Shown here: positions 59,684-64,000 of the stretch, piece after piece
Numbering within the stretch: the stretch's first letter is position 1
Layout: each line of letters starts with the position of its first letter
Source of the DNA: Terriglobia bacterium
GTDB lineage: Bacteria > Acidobacteriota > Terriglobia > JAJPHL01 > JAPKYU01
Assembly: GCA_965223005.1 (NCBI GenBank)
Contig: CBDCVK010000006.1
Span: 64,001 to 128,000, forward strand
Direction of reading: 5' to 3'
DNA: 64,000 bases
Notes under the pieces: generated by a model
What the model was told of the DNA's origin: nothing
Database searches by the model: none
The model's input: only the letters and a program-made list of their open reading frames with translations
Made by a program: the position numbers and the translations under genes

Positions 59684-61519
59684 TTATCCAGGGGTCTCAA
59701 GCGTCAGATCCCACCCGCCTAAGTGATGCAAGCGGGTTGCCGCCGGAACGATTGCTGGTTCCCCTGCTGTTATCCAGCGGGCAACCTCCTTCCGGTGACC
59801 GAGTCGGGGCACCTTCCTGACCCGGCTGATTCCATCCCAGAAGAAGAAGTTTTCAACTCCTCCACTATAGAGGAAGTGCGCTTTGCGAAGGTATTGCTCG
59901 GACGTCAGGGCACGTGGCATCAGGTTAAGAGCCAACCGGCAATTCGTCCCCCTCACCAGCGAAACGAAGTAGTCGATATCCTCGCGATTCTCCCAGGCCG
60001 GTTCGTAGCTGTTCAAACGAATGGAGGACGAGTAGGGAATAATCGTGTCGACCAGCCCCTCGTGGATCCATGTGTGGAGATCCATCCCGTGCAGCCGGTT
60101 CTCTTCCTTTCGGAATACGACAGCTGAGATGGCCACTCGTTGCGACCGCTGCGTCCGTTGAATGACTTCATCCATTTCCTTTCTTAGCTCCCGCATAAAC
60201 TCAGTGAGTGCCGAGCTTCGATAGGAGAGCCAGCGGGGATCGTGCTCGTCCAGTTGGCGAGGGTCCTGGCCATAGCGGGCCGTGAACCCCTCGACCAGAG
60301 GCGCTTCGTAAGCGACGAGCGGGGGCCGGCGGTTGTAGAGGACACACACGCCATCGATGGGATACTCCGCCATTTCTCGAAACAACCGGAGCACATAGCG
60401 GCGAGTCTCCGGAAAGGCATAAGACATTCTTGGCAACCTGGTTCCGTCCCGAGCCACACAAACCAGCTCAGGATGTTCTTTGATAAAACTTCCCCGGATA
60501 TCATCATATGGGGGTGGATGGACAAATCCCGCCGTTCGATAAGCCGCGTGAAATTCGACACCGATCTTCTTTGCGAATTCAGCAGCCACTCGAAGCTGAT
60601 CCGTCCCTTTCTGTCGATAGGCCTGCCAGGTTAAAGCCCACTCGCGGTCAATGACTCGAGGGAAGAAAACCGGAGCATCCTCAAGCGAGCTGGCGTAGTC
60701 CCTGCCAATCTGAGAGAAGTACAAGGTACGGTCGCCGCCTCCCGCTTCCCAGTAGATGCGAGCCACGTCGGTGTGGCGCAGGGGTTCAAGGTATTTGAGA
60801 ATCTCCTCAGTGGATCCGGTGACGTTGGAGAGGTGAGCATCGCTATGCACGAATAGCCGTTTGGTATCCGTTCGGCTCCGGTCCTCTTGCACGGCGCGAA
60901 CCTCTTCTTCAGAAAGAGGGACCAATTTGATATATCCAACCCAGCTATGTTGAACCCTTGGTAATTTAATCTGGCGAATGACGATATCGCGCCCGGTCAA
61001 ATCGGCGGTTTTCCAGTAGATATCATCGATCCAGTTCTCTTGATGATCCGTTTCACCAGGGCGCCCGGTTAGAATGGTATAAGCTGGATCGTCGCCGAGT
61101 TTAACCTGGACTTGTTTAGGGCGTTCAAACGGCTTTCGATAGATCCCGATGTAGATTTCGTACCAACCTGAGCGACCCAAGGAATAGCTCACGTCTGGTG
61201 CGTCGCTCTCCTCGGTAGCTACCAACATCGTCCCCGAAAAAGCGCGGCTTTTGTACTTAAGCATCCGCCAGACGCCCGGTGCTGAACCCTCCGACAAAGC
61301 CGCCGAGGGCTGGCATTTCTCTAGATCCGACAGATAAATCGCTATCCCCTCACCAACGGGTTCCCCCTTACTCCGCCCCGATTCTTGGGCGCGGACGAGA
61401 GGAGGCTGAATTCCGGCTGTGACTCCGGCGAGTCCCGTTGCTTTCAGAAACTGCCGTCGACTAAGTGGAGCCAATCTCGATTGCGGACCCTTTGGCGACC
61501 GCCGATCGGTACGTCGCAT
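59684..61519 (-). CDS. Tat-exported protein with glycoside-hydrolase-like (GHL10/DUF187-type) TIM barrel
   Basis: SRRQFLK twin-arginine signal; HPE...RDG...MSYAFPETR...YPIDGV; W..EGLVD. Confidence 0.7.
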   Translation of the reverse strand: MRRTDRRSPKGPQSRLAPLSRRQFLKATGLAGVTAGIQPPLVRAQESGRSKGEPVGEGIAIYLSDLEKCQPSAALSEGSAPGVWRMLKYKSRAFSGTMLVATEESDAPDVSYSLGRSGWYEIYIGIYRKPFERPKQVQVKLGDDPAYTILTGRPGETDHQENWIDDIYWKTADLTGRDIVIRQIKLPRVQHSWVGYIKLVPLSEEEVRAVQEDRSRTDTKRLFVHSDAHLSNVTGSTEEILKYLEPLRHTDVARIYWEAGGGDRTLYFSQIGRDYASSLEDAPVFFPRVIDREWALTWQAYRQKGTDQLRVAAEFAKKIGVEFHAAYRTAGFVHPPPYDDIRGSFIKEHPELVCVARDGTRLPRMSYAFPETRRYVLRLFREMAEYPIDGVCVLYNRRPPLVAYEAPLVEGFTARYGQDPRQLDEHDPRWLSYRSSALTEFMRELRKEMDEVIQRTQRSQRVAISAVVFRKEENRLHGMDLHTWIHEGLVDTIIPYSSSIRLNSYEPAWENREDIDYFVSLVRGTNCRLALNLMPRALTSEQYLRKAHFLYSGGVENFFFWDGISRVRKVPRLGHRKEVARWITAGEPAIVPAATRLHHLGGWDLTLETPG

Positions 61520-61573
61520 TTTCTACTCCTGTCAGAGGCACCAAAGATGGCCACCAGGCAATCCGCGTTGATT

Positions 61574-61936
61574 CTAGATTGCCTCTAGCTTTTTTAGCAC
61601 GGCGCGCCAGGTGTCCACCGCTAGTACCGCAGCGTGTTTGCTGGCCGTCTCCAGCTTGCCCACCGCCTGCTCGACCGCAGTGGTAGTGATCTGTTCCACC
61701 TCCCCCAGAGGCCGGTCGCTGACCAGCTCTGTGAGCGCCGAGCCACAGGCCATCGCCGCCACGCAACCACGGCACTTGAACCGGATGGCCGCAATCCGCC
61801 CGTCGTGCGCTTTCACCCACAGCTTGAGGATGTCGCCGCAAACCGGGTTAGAGAACTCGACTACGGCGTCGGCATCTTCCAGTTCCCCGGCATTGCGCGG
61901 GTTGCGGAAATGTTCGAGCAGCAGTGGGTGGTGCAT
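61574..61936 (-). CDS. IscU/NifU-N-like Fe-S scaffold protein
   Basis: EHFRNPRNAG; NPVCGD; FKCRGC; third scaffold Cys replaced (KHA). Confidence 0.88.
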   Translation of the reverse strand: MHHPLLLEHFRNPRNAGELEDADAVVEFSNPVCGDILKLWVKAHDGRIAAIRFKCRGCVAAMACGSALTELVSDRPLGEVEQITTTAVEQAVGKLETASKHAAVLAVDTWRAVLKKLEAI

Positions 61937-62007
61937 CCTTGGCTCTCACAGGTACAGGTCCCGCACAGGCCCTTTACAGGCACCCGGTTGCATGGCACAA
62001 TGCGCCA

Positions 62008-63174
62008 GTGCCAGCCATCCGAGAATACTGGCAGGTCCTCAAGAAAATCAATCGCCGTCGGCAGTTGGAGTCGCTATTCCTGTTTGTTACCTCGCGATGC
62101 AACTCTGTCTGCCAGACCTGTTTCTACTGGGACAATCTGAACAAGAACCAGGACCTCAGCTTCGAGCAAATCGAAGGGCTTTCACGCACCGCGCCGCTCT
62201 TCCGTAAGTTGTGGCTCTCAGGCGGTGAGCCGTTCCTGCGCCCGGAGCTAGCCGACATCATCACCATGTTCGCCCGCAACAACGGCGTCGACACCGTGAA
62301 CCTGCCTACCAACGGCCTGCTGCCGCGCAAAATTGATCAGGTGGTGGGCCGGGTGCTGGAGGACAACCCAAACCTTACCATTGACTTGAACTTTTCCCTC
62401 GACGGGTTGGCCAATACCCACGACACTCTCCGTGGCGTCCCGCGCAACTTCCAGCGCACCCTGGAGACAATGGCGCTGATGGAGCGCAACTATCGCGGCG
62501 TGCGCCGTCTTCGCCGCAACGTGGTCTCGGTCATTACGACCGACAATTACCGTGAGCTGGTGGAGCTAGGCCTGAAGCTGCTGGGCGACGGCAACGCCAG
62601 CGGGCATTACTTTGAGATCATCCGCGGCAACCCCCTCGATCCGCGCCTGAAGCACCTTCCACCGGAAGAGCTGCGCGCTCTCCACCAGAGGTTGTTTTCC
62701 ATTCACGAGCAGTACGCGGACCGGCTCTTCGACGGGCTACCGCCAGTGCCTCGCTGGTTCGCTCGGATGTACTACCTGGGCACCGTTAAGTTCCACTTTG
62801 ACGTCCACCAGCAGTGCCACTACGAGCCACACCGCTGGCCTATGCCGTGCACGGCCGGCGCCACGTCGGTGGTGATTGACCACAATGGCGAGTTCCGCGC
62901 CTGCGAGATGCGCGGGTCGCTGGGGCGGGTGCAGGAGTTCGACTGCAATCTGACTCAGGTCCTCGCCTCGCCACAGATGAAGACCGAGGTGGACGAGATC
63001 CCCCGGGCCAACTGCTGGTGCACCCATAGCTGCTTCCTCCACGACAGCATGAAATTCGCCCCACGCGTGCTGCTGTTCAGCCTGCCCTGGCGTTATCTGA
63101 AGGCGCACTTGGGGCGGCTGCCGCAAACCGACGTGCAGGAGCTGGAAAAGTTCCGCATGCCCCTCCCTACCTGA
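62008..63174 (+). CDS. Radical SAM protein with SPASM/twitch domain
   Basis: CNSVCQTC; SGGEPFLR; PTNG; SLDG...HDTLRG; C-terminal PCTAG...ACE...CWCTHSC. Confidence 0.9.
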   Translation: MPAIREYWQVLKKINRRRQLESLFLFVTSRCNSVCQTCFYWDNLNKNQDLSFEQIEGLSRTAPLFRKLWLSGGEPFLRPELADIITMFARNNGVDTVNLPTNGLLPRKIDQVVGRVLEDNPNLTIDLNFSLDGLANTHDTLRGVPRNFQRTLETMALMERNYRGVRRLRRNVVSVITTDNYRELVELGLKLLGDGNASGHYFEIIRGNPLDPRLKHLPPEELRALHQRLFSIHEQYADRLFDGLPPVPRWFARMYYLGTVKFHFDVHQQCHYEPHRWPMPCTAGATSVVIDHNGEFRACEMRGSLGRVQEFDCNLTQVLASPQMKTEVDEIPRANCWCTHSCFLHDSMKFAPRVLLFSLPWRYLKAHLGRLPQTDVQELEKFRMPLPT

Positions 63175-63224
63175 GGCAAGTGAGCAAAAGCTCAGGGCAG
63201 GCCCGCGGCCTCCGCTGAATCCGC

Positions 63225-63617
63225 GTGAGCACAGTCACAGCAGCTCTGATTATGCGCGGCGAAGAGTTCCTGATCTGTCGGCGTCGCGCCGACCAATTCC
63301 TGCCGCTGAAGTGGGAGTTTGCCGGCGGGAAGACTGAGGACGGCGAGGAGCCGGCCGCCGGGCTGCGCCGCGAGCTGCGCGAAGAGCTGGCCTTGGACGC
63401 CGACATCGGTCCTGAGATCTGCCGCTTTTCCTATGAGTATCCCGGTCGCAGCCCCATCCTGCTGGTCTTCTTCCAGGTGAGGGAATTTCGCGGTGAGCCG
63501 CAAAACCGCCAGTTTGCGGAAATCCGCTGGGTGCCCCGAAACGAGCTTCCTGAATTTGACTTTCTCCCCGCCGACCGCGAACTCGTGGAGCAGATCGCCC
63601 GCGGTGGCTTGATGTAA
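63225..63617 (+). CDS. MutT/NudG-like NUDIX hydrolase
   Basis: WEFAGGKTEDGE...LRRELREEL Nudix box; FLPAD. Confidence 0.9.
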   Translation: MSTVTAALIMRGEEFLICRRRADQFLPLKWEFAGGKTEDGEEPAAGLRRELREELALDADIGPEICRFSYEYPGRSPILLVFFQVREFRGEPQNRQFAEIRWVPRNELPEFDFLPADRELVEQIARGGLM

Positions 63618-63741
63618 CGACAGGCCTCCGGGTCACCTTCGAAGAATAAAAAGGAACCCTGAGCCTGCTCCGGTGTCTATCAACTCGAAGGGCAAAACAC
63701 TGTTTCGCTGTTTCGTAGCCACGAAACAGCCCGGAGAAATT

Positions 63742-64000
63742 ATGTTTGAGCTCACTTTGCTAGAGGCTTCGGTGGAAGGCAAGCAACGCGGGGCATGGGC
63801 GTGGGGACTGTCTGTCCTCCTGCAGGTTGTGCTGGTAAGCGCGTTGACTCTGGGGCCCCTGCTGTACCCCGAGGTGCTACCCAGGCGGCTGCTTGTATCG
63901 CTCCTGGCAGCGCCTGCTGGTCCTCCCCCGGCGCCCGCCAAGCCTCCGAGTGACGCAGCACCCAAGAAACGCGTGCAATTTGAGTTTGAGCAAGGAGAGT
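63742..64000 (+). CDS. TonB-family energy transducer, N-terminal part (3'-truncated by the window edge)
   Basis: GGAG SD and ATG; MFELTLLE...SVLLQVVLV TM anchor then Pro-rich linker PAGPPPAPAKPP; frame open to the window end. Confidence 0.65.
   Translation, partial: MFELTLLEASVEGKQRGAWAWGLSVLLQVVLVSALTLGPLLYPEVLPRRLLVSLLAAPAGPPPAPAKPPSDAAPKKRVQFEFEQGE

Overview
GC-rich bacterial chromosomal window. Gene content and the unannotated proteins suggest Acidobacteriota, which is an inference. The left 10 kb is an operon that runs off the window edge: four cobalamin-dependent radical SAM genes (one interrupted by an in-frame TAG), one radical SAM with a Cys-rich SPASM/twitch tail, three class I methyltransferases and an amidohydrolase. 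It ends just downstream of the 3' end of tRNA-Phe and is the best candidate for an uncharacterised biosynthetic or modification system. The rest is mostly housekeeping (ftsK, uppP, rnj, argJ, rsmA, glgA, trxA, ctpA, tatA/C, nadB, aroB, menG, xerD, murJ, lpxD, gap, pgk). Accessory features include a complete IS256 with an 8-bp target duplication splitting a secreted SH3-like protein gene, an ECF sigma/ZAS anti-sigma/AhpD module, and an RsbW-kinase plus STAS pair heading an Mla/MCE transporter operon. There are also two tRNAs, an unannotated 42-aa membrane protein gene, a MITE-like element, a frameshifted small gene and a probable CTG start for murJ. No CRISPR array or rRNA was seen. All calls were made by eye from motifs; no database search was run.
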